Assembly (NCBI GenBank): GCA_965248355.1
Contig: OZ252098.1
Span: 1,664,001-1,728,000, forward strand
DNA from: Candidatus Latescibacterota bacterium
GTDB taxonomy: Bacteria > Latescibacterota > UBA2968 > UBA8231
Length of the DNA: 64,000 bases
Reading direction: 5' to 3'
Made by a program: the position numbers and the translations under genes. Positions 1 to 10,417 of this stretch are shown in pieces. Below the pieces are notes generated by a model that saw only the letters and a list, made by a program, of their open reading frames with translations, searched no databases and was not told where the DNA came from. The first letter of the stretch is position 1. Each line of letters starts with the position of its first letter.

Positions 1-816
1 GTCGACGCCGTATCCGACCTCGAGCACCCGCTGTTGCGCGAGTCGCTCCTGCACCTGGGCATCGCCGGCGGCCTCGAGATCGGGGCCATGGCCGACGTGC
101 CGGGGCGCACCGGTCTGGGCTCCTCCGGAGCTTTCACCGTGGCCCTCCTGGCCGCCCTGCGCGAGTTCCTCGGCCAGCCGCTGCCCAGGGCCCACCTGGC
201 CGAGGAGGCCCACCACGTGGAGGCCGTGCGCGCCGGCCAGCCGGCGGGCCGGCACGACCACTACCTGGCCGCCTTCGGGGGCCTCACCTGCCTCGAGATC
301 GACCCCTCCGGCCGGGTCTCCGTCAGCACCCCGAGGATCTCCGAAGAGACCCTGGGGGAGCTGCGCGACGGTCTGGTCCTGTTCTACACCGGCATCCAGC
401 GGGAGAGCTTCGACATCCTCTCGCAGCAGGAGCGGGAGACGCGCGCCGGCAAGGCCTCCGTCATCGACGGCCTGCACGAGATCAAGCGGCTCGGCCTCGA
501 CATCCGGGACGCCCTCGAGGGCGGCGACCTCGACCGCTTCGGCCGGCTGCTGCACGCGCACTGGGAGACCAAGAAGAGGCGCTCCGCGAAGATGTCCAAC
601 CCCGAGATCGACCGCTGGTACGGCGAGGCCCGGCGCGCCGGCGCCCTCGGGGGCAAGCTCATGGGGGCCGGCGGCGGCGGCTTCCTGATGTTTTATTGTC
701 CCCCCGAGGCGCGGGACGGCCTGCGGCGGCGCCTGCGGGCCGAGGGCCTGCGCGAGATGGGCTTCCGCTTCGACGCCGAGGGCGCCAAGGTGCTGACCAA
801 CACCGGGGGGGCATGA
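1..816 (+). CDS. GHMP-family sugar kinase, D-glycero-alpha-D-manno-heptose-7-phosphate kinase (HddA)-like; 5' partial
   Basis: Frame is open from base 1 (VDAVSDLEHPLLRE...). GHMP ATP-binding motif PGRTGLGSSG and C-terminal GKLMGAGGGGF. Adjacent to gmhA. Confidence 0.8.
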   Translation, partial: VDAVSDLEHPLLRESLLHLGIAGGLEIGAMADVPGRTGLGSSGAFTVALLAALREFLGQPLPRAHLAEEAHHVEAVRAGQPAGRHDHYLAAFGGLTCLEIDPSGRVSVSTPRISEETLGELRDGLVLFYTGIQRESFDILSQQERETRAGKASVIDGLHEIKRLGLDIRDALEGGDLDRFGRLLHAHWETKKRRSAKMSNPEIDRWYGEARRAGALGGKLMGAGGGGFLMFYCPPEARDGLRRRLRAEGLREMGFRFDAEGAKVLTNTGGA

Positions 817-1412
817 GCAACAGGGACTACATCGAGGGGTACCTGAACCGCATGGCCGCCGTCATCGGGGATCTGCCGCGGCCCGAGATCGACGCCGCCA
901 TCGACCTGCTGTTCGAGGCCTGGCGCTCGGGGAAGACGGTCTACCTGGCCGGCAACGGCGGCTCCGCCTCCACGGCCAGCCACTTCGCGTGCGACCTGGC
1001 CAAGTGGACCGTGTGCGCGGGCAAGCCCCGCTTCCGGGTTCTCGCCCTGACCGACAACATGCCCCTCTTCAGCGCCCTGATGAACGACGAGGGGACGGAC
1101 TCGGTCTACGCGGAGCAGTTGGAGGCCTTCGTCGGCGAGGGCGACGTGCTGATCCTCATCAGCGTCCACGGCGGCTCGGGGGCGGGGAACGCCGGCGCCT
1201 GGTCCGGCAATCTGCTTCGGGCCCTGCAGGTCGCCAGGGACCGCGGCGCCCGCACCCTGGGGCTCAGCGGGTTCGACGGGGGCGCCCTGAAGCAGCTGGC
1301 CGACCTCTGCATCGTCGTGCCCGTCGACTCCACGCCGCAGGTGGAGTCCTTCCACCTCGCCCTGCAGCACCTCATCTGCGACCGCCTGCGGCAGCGCATC
1401 GCCGCCGCCTGA
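813..1412 (+). CDS. gmhA: Phosphoheptose isomerase (SIS domain)
   Basis: ATG at 813 overlaps the upstream TGA (ATGA). Motifs GNGGSASTASHFACDL and QVESFHLALQHLIC. Confidence 0.75.
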   Translation: MSNRDYIEGYLNRMAAVIGDLPRPEIDAAIDLLFEAWRSGKTVYLAGNGGSASTASHFACDLAKWTVCAGKPRFRVLALTDNMPLFSALMNDEGTDSVYAEQLEAFVGEGDVLILISVHGGSGAGNAGAWSGNLLRALQVARDRGARTLGLSGFDGGALKQLADLCIVVPVDSTPQVESFHLALQHLICDRLRQRIAAA

Positions 1413-1425
1413 ACGGAAGGACAGC

Positions 1426-2091
1426 ATGGAGCTCTTCATCGACAGCGCCGACCTGGAGGAGGTGCGGCAGGCCGCCGCCCTCGGCGTCGTCTCCGGGTGC
1501 ACGACCAACCCGAAGCTGGCCGCCGCCGCCGAGCCCGGCAGCCTGCGCCGGCGGGTGCAGGAGATCCTGGCCTGCATCGATGGCCCGGTGAGCGTCGAGG
1601 TCGTGGCAGACAGCGTCGAGGGCATGCTCGACGAGGCCTCGGGGTACGCCGACTGGGACCCGCGCGTCGTCGTCAAGATCCCCATGTCGATGGAGGGCCT
1701 GCAGGCGGTGCACGTGCTGGAGGGGGAGCGCGACGTCCGGGTCAACGTGACCTGCATGATGAACTCCAGCCAGGCGGCCCTGGCGATGATGGCCGGGGCC
1801 AGCTACGTGAGCCTGTTCGTCGGACGCATCACCGACCTGGGCAACGACGCCGACGCCGCCATCGCCGAGACGGCGCGGTTCATCGAGCACGGCGGCTTCC
1901 CGGCCCGCATCATCGCCGGCAGCATGCGTTCCGTCGGGGACATTCAGCGCTCCTTCCTCGCCGGCGCCCACATCGTCACCACTCCCTACCGGCTCCTGCC
2001 GGCCATGGTCCACCACCCGCGCACGGTGGAGACCATCGACGAGTTCAAGGCCGCCTGGGACGAGGCCCGGCAGCGGGGCGGCCTTCGTTGA
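1426..2091 (+). CDS. Small transaldolase (TalC/FSA family)
   Basis: Motifs FIDSAD, TTNP, VVVKIP (Schiff-base Lys), VNVT and YVSLFVGR. RBS AAGGA. Confidence 0.85.
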   Translation: MELFIDSADLEEVRQAAALGVVSGCTTNPKLAAAAEPGSLRRRVQEILACIDGPVSVEVVADSVEGMLDEASGYADWDPRVVVKIPMSMEGLQAVHVLEGERDVRVNVTCMMNSSQAALAMMAGASYVSLFVGRITDLGNDADAAIAETARFIEHGGFPARIIAGSMRSVGDIQRSFLAGAHIVTTPYRLLPAMVHHPRTVETIDEFKAAWDEARQRGGLR

Positions 2092-2939
2092 CGGAGGGCG
2101 CCCTCGATCTCGGAGGCGTCGAGGTCCTGCCCCTCCTCGCCGGCCGCATGCGGCTCGACGGCGGCGCCATGTTCGGCGTCGTGCCCCGGCCCCTGTGGCA
2201 GCGCGCCTGCCCTCCCGACGACCGCAACCGCATCGACAACGCCTGCCGCGGCCTGCTGGTGCGCACCCGGGACGGCCTGGCGCTGGTCGACACCGGCTGC
2301 GGCGACCGCTTCGACGAGCGCTCCCGGGAGATCTTCGCCGTCGACCCGGAGGTCACCCTCCTCGCGGCGCTCCACGAGGCCGGCGTCGCCCCCGCCGAGA
2401 TCACCCACGTGGTGCTCACCCACCTGCACTTCGACCACGCCGCCGGGGCCGTGATCCAACGGGACGGCGGGCTCCACCCCCTGTTCCCCGGCGCCGTGCA
2501 CGTGGTGCAGCGAGGCGAGTGGGAGGACGCTCGCAAGGGCATCTCCATCATGCGCTCCAGCTATGCGCCCGCCGACCTGGAGGCCCTGGGCGCCGTGCGC
2601 TGGGAGCTGGGCGAAGGCGACGAGTCGATCCTGCCGCAGCTCTCGGTGCAGGTCACGGGGGGCCACACCCGTCACCATCAGGCGGTCTGGGTCCACGGCG
2701 GCCGCCGGCGCCTCCTCTTCCCCGGGGACATCCTGCCGTCGCGCCACCACCTGAGCCCGTACTGGATCATGGCCTACGACATGTTCCCCCACCAGACCCT
2801 GCGAGTGAAGGGGGCCCTGGTCCGCCGTGTGCACGAGGAGGGCTGCGTGCTCGCCTGGGACCACGATCCCGAGGGCCCCTTCAGCCGGCTGGTCCGCGGG
2901 GAGCGCGGCGGCTACCGCGCCACGGGCCTGGAGGGCTGA
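2088..2939 (+). CDS. MBL-fold metallo-hydrolase (YtnP-like)
   Basis: TTG start overlaps the upstream stop (TTGA). Motifs LDGGAMFGVVP, THLHFDH, GGHT and WDHD. Confidence 0.85.
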   Translation: MTEGALDLGGVEVLPLLAGRMRLDGGAMFGVVPRPLWQRACPPDDRNRIDNACRGLLVRTRDGLALVDTGCGDRFDERSREIFAVDPEVTLLAALHEAGVAPAEITHVVLTHLHFDHAAGAVIQRDGGLHPLFPGAVHVVQRGEWEDARKGISIMRSSYAPADLEALGAVRWELGEGDESILPQLSVQVTGGHTRHHQAVWVHGGRRRLLFPGDILPSRHHLSPYWIMAYDMFPHQTLRVKGALVRRVHEEGCVLAWDHDPEGPFSRLVRGERGGYRATGLEG

Positions 2940-2987
2940 AGGGCCGCCTGTTCGCGGCCATCGGCGGCGCCCCCTATACTGCTTGAC

Positions 2988-3224
2988 ATGTCCCTCGAAG
3001 TCATTGAATTGTCCCACAAGCACCGCCGCCTCCTCGACCGCCTCGGGGAGTTGATCCCCGACCTGGACCCGGCCCGGACGGAGAGCCTGCAGCGCATCTT
3101 CGGGCTGGGTTTGATCGCCCTCACCATGCAGGTCACCAGCAAGGCGCGGGAGAACGAGAAGGACGAGCTCGTGGAGGAGCTGGGCACCCTGGCCCGGGAG
3201 ATGGTCCAGGAGGAGCAGTGGTAG
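2988..3224 (+). CDS. Small hypothetical protein (78 aa)
   Basis: Host-like codon usage. TATACT 7 nt upstream of the ATG. Overlaps the next gene. Confidence 0.6.
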   Translation: MSLEVIELSHKHRRLLDRLGELIPDLDPARTESLQRIFGLGLIALTMQVTSKARENEKDELVEELGTLAREMVQEEQW

Positions 3225-3994
3225 GCGGCTCCCTCGGCCTGTTCTCCCTGGAGGGGCAGACGGCCCTGGTCACCGGGGGCAGCAAGGGCCTCGGCGAGGC
3301 CATGGCCGGCGCCCTGGCCGGGGCCGGGGCCGACGTGGTCATCACCAGCCGGCACCTCGACGAGGCCCGGTCGGCGGCCGAGGCGATCGCCGCCGAGAGC
3401 GGCCGCCGGGTGCTGCCCGTGGAGGCCGATGCCGGCGACCGGGACCAGGCGGAGGGCTCGGTGAGGGAGGCCGTCGAGCGCTTCGGCCATCTGGACATCC
3501 TCGTGAACAACGCCGGCGTCAATCTGCGGGCCCCGATCCTGGAGATGGAGGACGAGGCCTGGGAGACGGTCATCGGCATCAATCTCACGGGGCCGTTCTA
3601 CTACTGCCGCGCCGCCGGCCGGCACATGGTCGAGCGCGGCCACGGCCGGGTGATCAACATCGGCTCCACCCTGTCCTCCGTCTCGATCCCCCACCGCACG
3701 CCGTACGCCTCCAGCAAGGGCGGCATCCTGCAGCTGACCCGGACCCTGGCGCTGGAGTGGGCGGGAACGGGGGTGACCGCCAACTGCATCTGTCCGGGCC
3801 CCTTCGCCACGCCCATCAACCAGCCCCTGCTCGACGATCCGGAGGCGGCGCGGGCCATGCGGGACAAGGTCCCCCTGGGCCGGTGGGGCGATCCGGCCGA
3901 GCTGGCCACGGCGGTCCTCTACTTCGCCTCTCCCGCCTCCTCCTTCACCACCGGGGCGGCCCTCGTCGTCGACGGAGGCTACACCGCCCAGTAG
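3218..3994 (+). CDS. SDR-family oxidoreductase (gluconate 5-dehydrogenase/KduD-like)
   Basis: Motifs TGGSKGLG, NNAG and YASSK; C-terminal VVDGG. Confidence 0.88.
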   Translation: MVGGSLGLFSLEGQTALVTGGSKGLGEAMAGALAGAGADVVITSRHLDEARSAAEAIAAESGRRVLPVEADAGDRDQAEGSVREAVERFGHLDILVNNAGVNLRAPILEMEDEAWETVIGINLTGPFYYCRAAGRHMVERGHGRVINIGSTLSSVSIPHRTPYASSKGGILQLTRTLALEWAGTGVTANCICPGPFATPINQPLLDDPEAARAMRDKVPLGRWGDPAELATAVLYFASPASSFTTGAALVVDGGYTAQ

Positions 3995-4078
3995 GTTGCC
4001 ACGAAAGGGCCGGCCGCTATATTTCGGAGCCCCTGCCCAGGCATCGACCCCGCCAAGCGGATACCGCACGAATACCCC

Positions 4079-4897
4079 GTGGCTCCTCCTGAGACCGTCG
4101 TCAGCGGTTTGCAATCCCCGTACGGGATCGCCTTCGACGCCGACGACGTTCTCTTCGTCTCCGAATCCGGCGCCAACCGCATCGTCCGCATCGAGGACGG
4201 CCAGGCCGAGCCCTTCGCCCTGACCGGTCCCCGGCCCCTGGGCATCGCCTTCGACGATTCGGGCGATCTCTTCGTGGCCGAGAGCGGACGCCATCACCTG
4301 ATCCTCATCTCCCCCGACGAGGCGGTGGAGGTCTACGCCCACAGCTGCCGGGGCCGCCGTTTCGTCAGCCCGCGCCAGCTCTGCTTCGAGCCCACGGGGG
4401 ATGTCCTCTTCAGCGACTCCGGGCACGGGGAGGAGGGCGACGGCTCGGTCTACCGCGCCGATCTCGACGGCGAGGTGACCGAGGTCATCAGCGGGCTGTC
4501 GGCTCCGGCGGGGATGGTGCTGTCCGAGGATGCGGCCATCCTCTACGTCTCCGAGAGGGGACGCCGGCGCGTCCTCTCCCTCGAGATGGACGACGAGGGC
4601 CGGCTGGAGAACCAGCAGGTCTTCTCCGAGTTCGAGGAGGCGGGCCCCGAGGACCTGCTCTTCGACACCCACGGGCACCTGTACGCCAGCTTCCCGGGCC
4701 TGGGGATCGCCGTGATCGATCCGGAGGGCCGGCGCCAGGGTCTGCTCGAGATCCCCGGCGCCGAGGTGGCGGGCATGATCTTCGGCGGGCTCGAGTACGA
4801 CCGGCTCTTCGTGGCCGAGTCGAAGACGGGATCCGTGTACGGCCTGGCCCTGGCGGTGGCGGGCCAGCGGCCCTTCGCCGGCCCCCGCTCGATCTGA
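4079..4897 (+). CDS. SMP-30/gluconolactonase-family beta-propeller protein
   Basis: Repeated P-x-G-I-A-F-D blades. No signal peptide. Confidence 0.75.
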   Translation: MAPPETVVSGLQSPYGIAFDADDVLFVSESGANRIVRIEDGQAEPFALTGPRPLGIAFDDSGDLFVAESGRHHLILISPDEAVEVYAHSCRGRRFVSPRQLCFEPTGDVLFSDSGHGEEGDGSVYRADLDGEVTEVISGLSAPAGMVLSEDAAILYVSERGRRRVLSLEMDDEGRLENQQVFSEFEEAGPEDLLFDTHGHLYASFPGLGIAVIDPEGRRQGLLEIPGAEVAGMIFGGLEYDRLFVAESKTGSVYGLALAVAGQRPFAGPRSI

Positions 4898-4910
4898 ACC
4901 GCCCGGGGGC

Positions 4911-5699
4911 CTACGACCTCCGGCGCATCCGGCCCCAGACCCACCGGAACAGCCAGTAGAACGACCGCGGCGCGTGGCGCCGCAGGCGGATGGCCATGGC
5001 CACCCAGCGGTCGGCCACGTGCAGCCGGCGCTGCCGCTCCATGGCGCGCAGGATCTCGGCCGCCGCCGCCTCCGGGCCCTTGGAGGGCACCTGCTCGAAG
5101 CGCTCCATGGGGGTCCGGGACACCTCCTGGAACCCGGACCGAACGAGGCCGGGCTCGACGACGGTGACCGAGACCCCCGTGCCGTGCAGCTCGTGGCCCA
5201 GGCTCTCCCCGAGCCCGGTGACGGCGAACTTCGTCGCCCCGTACACGGCGTGCTCCGGCGAGGGCAGCTCGCCAAGGACGCTGGAGACGAAGACCAGCTG
5301 GCCCCGGCCCCGCCGGAGCATGGACGGCAGCACCCGGTGGGTCATGTTCACCACCCCCATCAGGTTGGTGTCGACCACGGCCCGGTGATCTTCCAGGGAG
5401 ACCTCCTCGAAGCGTCCGTACGCCCCTCGGCCGGCGTTGTTCACCAGCACCTCGATCTCCCCCAGATCGGTCTCGACGCGCCCGCAGAGGCCGGCCACCG
5501 CCTCGGCGTCGGAGACGTCGCAGGGAAGGATCAGAGGCTGGCCGCCCGCCAGCTCCGCGGTGCCCCGCAGCGGCCCCGGCCGACGCCCGACCAGGACGAG
5601 CCGGGCGCCTCTGGACGACAGGGCCACGGCCAGGGCGCGGCCGATGCCGTCGCCGGCCCCGGTCACCACCACGACGGCCCCCCCGTAGTCGCGGCCCAT
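4911..5699 (-). CDS. SDR-family oxidoreductase
   Basis: Motifs TGAGDGIG, NNAG and YGATK. Confidence 0.85.
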   Translation of the reverse strand: MGRDYGGAVVVVTGAGDGIGRALAVALSSRGARLVLVGRRPGPLRGTAELAGGQPLILPCDVSDAEAVAGLCGRVETDLGEIEVLVNNAGRGAYGRFEEVSLEDHRAVVDTNLMGVVNMTHRVLPSMLRRGRGQLVFVSSVLGELPSPEHAVYGATKFAVTGLGESLGHELHGTGVSVTVVEPGLVRSGFQEVSRTPMERFEQVPSKGPEAAAAEILRAMERQRRLHVADRWVAMAIRLRRHAPRSFYWLFRWVWGRMRRRS

Positions 5700-5976
5700 G
5701 GCGGTCAGCGCGGGGGGCCGACCCGTGGGGCCGCGGGCCGGGGCGGCGCAGAGATTTTTCCCGATATGGGAGATTCCTCCGGGTTTCCCCTTGCCAAATC
5801 GAGAATATTCGCTATCTCCTTTATCTGCTGCACATTAGACACCCAGGAGGGCGGTGTTCCGTAGGAATTCCTGCCATAATGAGAAAAGGGGTATCCTAAC
5901 CGAATACATCTCATCATTTGTTCAACCCCCTGTGCCACAACGCGTTGATCCTTCATCGACCGATCCTCCCAGGCCA

Positions 5977-5992
5977 TGGCACGGCCTTTGCA
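5977..5992 (+). promoter_or_regulatory. Sigma-54 (-24/-12) promoter of groESL
   Basis: TGGCACG-GCCT-TTGCA matches TGGCACG-N4-TTGCW exactly, ~63 nt before the groES ATG, with an AT-rich ~200 bp region upstream. Confidence 0.7.
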
Positions 5993-6055
5993 GTTCCCTG
6001 CGTCACAGCCACATCCGGAGGTCGAGACCGACCTCCTTTCCCAAAGGAGAGCATC

Positions 6056-7991
<1,936 letters not shown>

Positions 7992-8051
7992 AAAGTAGAG
8001 AGAGCCGGGGCGACCCCGTCGCCGCCGGAAGTTGCAGCCGCACCACGGTAG

Positions 8052-8090
8052 AGAGGGCGGGCGCCCAGAGGCTCCCGCCCTCTTCTTTGT
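8052..8090 (+). terminator. Intrinsic terminator after groEL
   Basis: Stem AGAGGGCGGG...CCCGCCCTCT followed by TCTTTGT. Confidence 0.7.
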
Positions 8091-8170
8091 CAAGAGCCGT
8101 TTGAGCGCCGCGCCGGGCGGCGTACCCTTCTGCGGGACAGGACCTCCAACCAGGGACAGGACGCGATTCC

Positions 8171-9301
8171 ATGGCCGCCACGACGACCCCCGCCTCCATC
8201 TACGAGCGCCTGGACGTGCGCACCTTCATCAACGCCCGGGGCACCATCACCACCCTCGGTGGCTCGATCATGCCGCCCGAGGTCGTGGCCGCCATGGCCG
8301 AGGCCTCCCTGCGCTTCGTCCGCCTGGAGGAGCTGCACGAGCGGGTGGGCGTGCGCATCGCCGGGCTCACCGGATCGGAGGCCGCCTACGTCTGCGCCGG
8401 CGCCGCCAGCGGCATGCTCCTGGCGGGCGCCGCCTGTCTCACGGGCACCGACCGGAGGGCCATCGCCGCGCTCCCCGATACCGGCGGCCGCCCGAACCGG
8501 TTCGTCATCAGCCTCGTGGACAGCCACGCCTACGTGCACCAGGGCTTCCGGGTCTGCGGCGGCGAGCTGGTCCGGGTCGGCTCCAGGGAGTCGGTCACGG
8601 CGGCCGACTACGAGGCCGCCCTCGACGAGCGCACGGCCGCCGTCGTCTTCTTTCTCGGCAGTCAGCCCCTGGAGCAGCTGCGCGAGATCGTCCCCATCGC
8701 CCGGAAGCGGGGCGTCCCGGTCATCGTCGACGCCGCCGCCCAGCTGCCGCCGCGCTCGCACCTGACCGGTCTGACCACCGACGTGGGCGCGGACCTGGCC
8801 GTCTTCAGCGGCGGCAAGGGGCTCTTCGGCCCGCAGTCGAGCGGGCTGATCCTCGGCCGCGCCGACCTGGTGGAGGCCGCCTCCCTGAACAGCAGTCCCC
8901 ACTCCGGCGTGGGCCGGGGGATGAAGGTGGGCAAGGAGGAGGTGGCCGGGCTGCTGCGGGCGGTGGAACTCTTCCTGGAGGCCGATGAGGGGCGGGTGAT
9001 CTCCGAGTGGGAGCGCCGCTGCCGGGTGGTGGCGGCGGCGGCCGAGGGCGTCGACGGGGTCACGGCGGAATACGACCCCCCCTTCACGAACCGCTTCCCT
9101 CCGGCCAGCCCCATCGTGCGCCTGCGCTTCGCCGGCCAGGCCCCGGCCGGCAGCCGGGCGGTGGCGGCCGCCCTCGAGCAGGGTGACCCGTCGATCCTCG
9201 TGAGCGCCTCGGAGGACTCGATCACCGTCGCTCCGCAGACGCTTCAGGAGGGCGAGGCCGAGATCATCGCCGATCGGCTCCGCGCCGTCCTGTCGGCCTG
9301 A
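8171..9301 (+). CDS. SelA-like PLP-dependent enzyme (DgaE/D-glucosaminate-6-phosphate ammonia-lyase-like)
   Basis: Motifs INARGT..TLGGS, VDAAA, FSGGKGL.GPQSSG (PLP Lys) and GRGMKVGKEE. Lacks the SelA N-terminal tRNA-binding domain. Confidence 0.75.
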   Translation: MAATTTPASIYERLDVRTFINARGTITTLGGSIMPPEVVAAMAEASLRFVRLEELHERVGVRIAGLTGSEAAYVCAGAASGMLLAGAACLTGTDRRAIAALPDTGGRPNRFVISLVDSHAYVHQGFRVCGGELVRVGSRESVTAADYEAALDERTAAVVFFLGSQPLEQLREIVPIARKRGVPVIVDAAAQLPPRSHLTGLTTDVGADLAVFSGGKGLFGPQSSGLILGRADLVEAASLNSSPHSGVGRGMKVGKEEVAGLLRAVELFLEADEGRVISEWERRCRVVAAAAEGVDGVTAEYDPPFTNRFPPASPIVRLRFAGQAPAGSRAVAAALEQGDPSILVSASEDSITVAPQTLQEGEAEIIADRLRAVLSA

Positions 9302-9336
9302 GGGATCGCCGGGGGAGACCCGCCGCAGGCTGACGG

Positions 9337-10347
9337 CTACACCCGCACCCGGCGCCCCCGCTTGACCGACTCGATCTCCTTGAGGCACAGCCGCAGGCTG
9401 TTGCGGGCGCCGACCCCCGACAGCTCCTCCGAATCCTCTCCGGCGGCGACCGCCCGCACCGCCTCCCGCAGCTCACCGACGAAGCCGTCCCTTCCGGGGC
9501 GCCTCGGCCTGCGGCTTTGGCCGTCGGCGGTCAACAGCACGGGCGGCTGACCCCAGGAGCTGTTGTACTTGAGGGTGGCCCGCTCGAAGAACACGTCGTA
9601 GCCGTGCTCGAAGGGGCAGCCCTGCTGGGACAGCCAGCCGCCGCTGGCGGTCACCTGGGGCCCGCCTTCGTAGTGGTAGTGGGTGTCGATGTGCTCCACC
9701 ACACCCCCCTTGCGGACCACTCCGGCCGAGGTCACCGCCTCGGGCAGGCCGAAGAGGAACTGCACGAAGTCGGCGTCGTGGATGTGCAGGTCGATGGCCG
9801 GTCCGCCGGTGCGGTCCAGGTCCTTCGGGTCCCACCAGGCCGGCATGGAGATGACGCGCTTGAAGTCCGCCGCCAGCACGGGACCGTGCTCGCCGCCGTC
9901 CACCAGCTCCTTGATCAGCCGGAACTCGGGGAAGAACCGCAGGACGTGGGCGACCATCAGCCGCAGGCCGCGCTTCTCCGCCTCCGCCACCATGCGGTCC
10001 GCCTGGCGCAGGTCCAGGGCGATGGGCTTTTCCAGGAAGACGTGCTTGCCCGCCGACAGGGCGGCCATGGTCCACTCGTAGTGCAGGGTGGTGGGCAGGC
10101 AGATGTCCACCAGGTCCACGCGGTCGTCGGCCAGCAGGTCCTCGATGCGGTCGTACGCGGCCACGCGCCGCAGATCGTGGACGCCGCCGTCGTCGCCGAA
10201 ATTGCCCTTCACCGAGCGCCAGTCGCCGCCCAGTTTCGTGGGGTCCCGCGTGCAGATGGCGGTCACCCTCGCCCCCTTCACCCGGGCGATGGCCTTGTAG
10301 TGCGTGGTGCCCATGAAACCGACGCCGACGATGCCGATGCGTACCAT
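9337..10347 (-). CDS. Gfo/Idh/MocA-family oxidoreductase
   Basis: Motifs GIVGVGFMG, EKP and DLHIHD. Start reassigned to the ATG at 10347. Confidence 0.88.
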   Translation of the reverse strand: MVRIGIVGVGFMGTTHYKAIARVKGARVTAICTRDPTKLGGDWRSVKGNFGDDGGVHDLRRVAAYDRIEDLLADDRVDLVDICLPTTLHYEWTMAALSAGKHVFLEKPIALDLRQADRMVAEAEKRGLRLMVAHVLRFFPEFRLIKELVDGGEHGPVLAADFKRVISMPAWWDPKDLDRTGGPAIDLHIHDADFVQFLFGLPEAVTSAGVVRKGGVVEHIDTHYHYEGGPQVTASGGWLSQQGCPFEHGYDVFFERATLKYNSSWGQPPVLLTADGQSRRPRRPGRDGFVGELREAVRAVAAGEDSEELSGVGARNSLRLCLKEIESVKRGRRVRV

Positions 10348-10377
10348 GCGGTTTTTCTCTCTCCCTTGGGGGCGGCT

Positions 10378-10407
10378 ACGATACCCGAGCTCCGGAAGAG
10401 ATGTCAA
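10378..10407 (-). promoter_or_regulatory. Sigma-70-type promoter
   Basis: TTGACA-18-TATCGT upstream of the oxidoreductase. Confidence 0.5.
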
Positions 10408-10417
10408 GGGCTCCTGA

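Noticed and set aside
5790..5817. RpoH-like promoter CTTG-N17-gCTATCT upstream of groES
   Set aside because: Short degenerate match to an alphaproteobacterial consensus in an organism that does not look proteobacterial; cannot be supported.
8171..9301. Selenocysteine synthase selA
   Set aside because: Too short, lacks the tRNA-binding N-domain, and no selB/selC/selD nearby; better treated as a SelA-like lyase.
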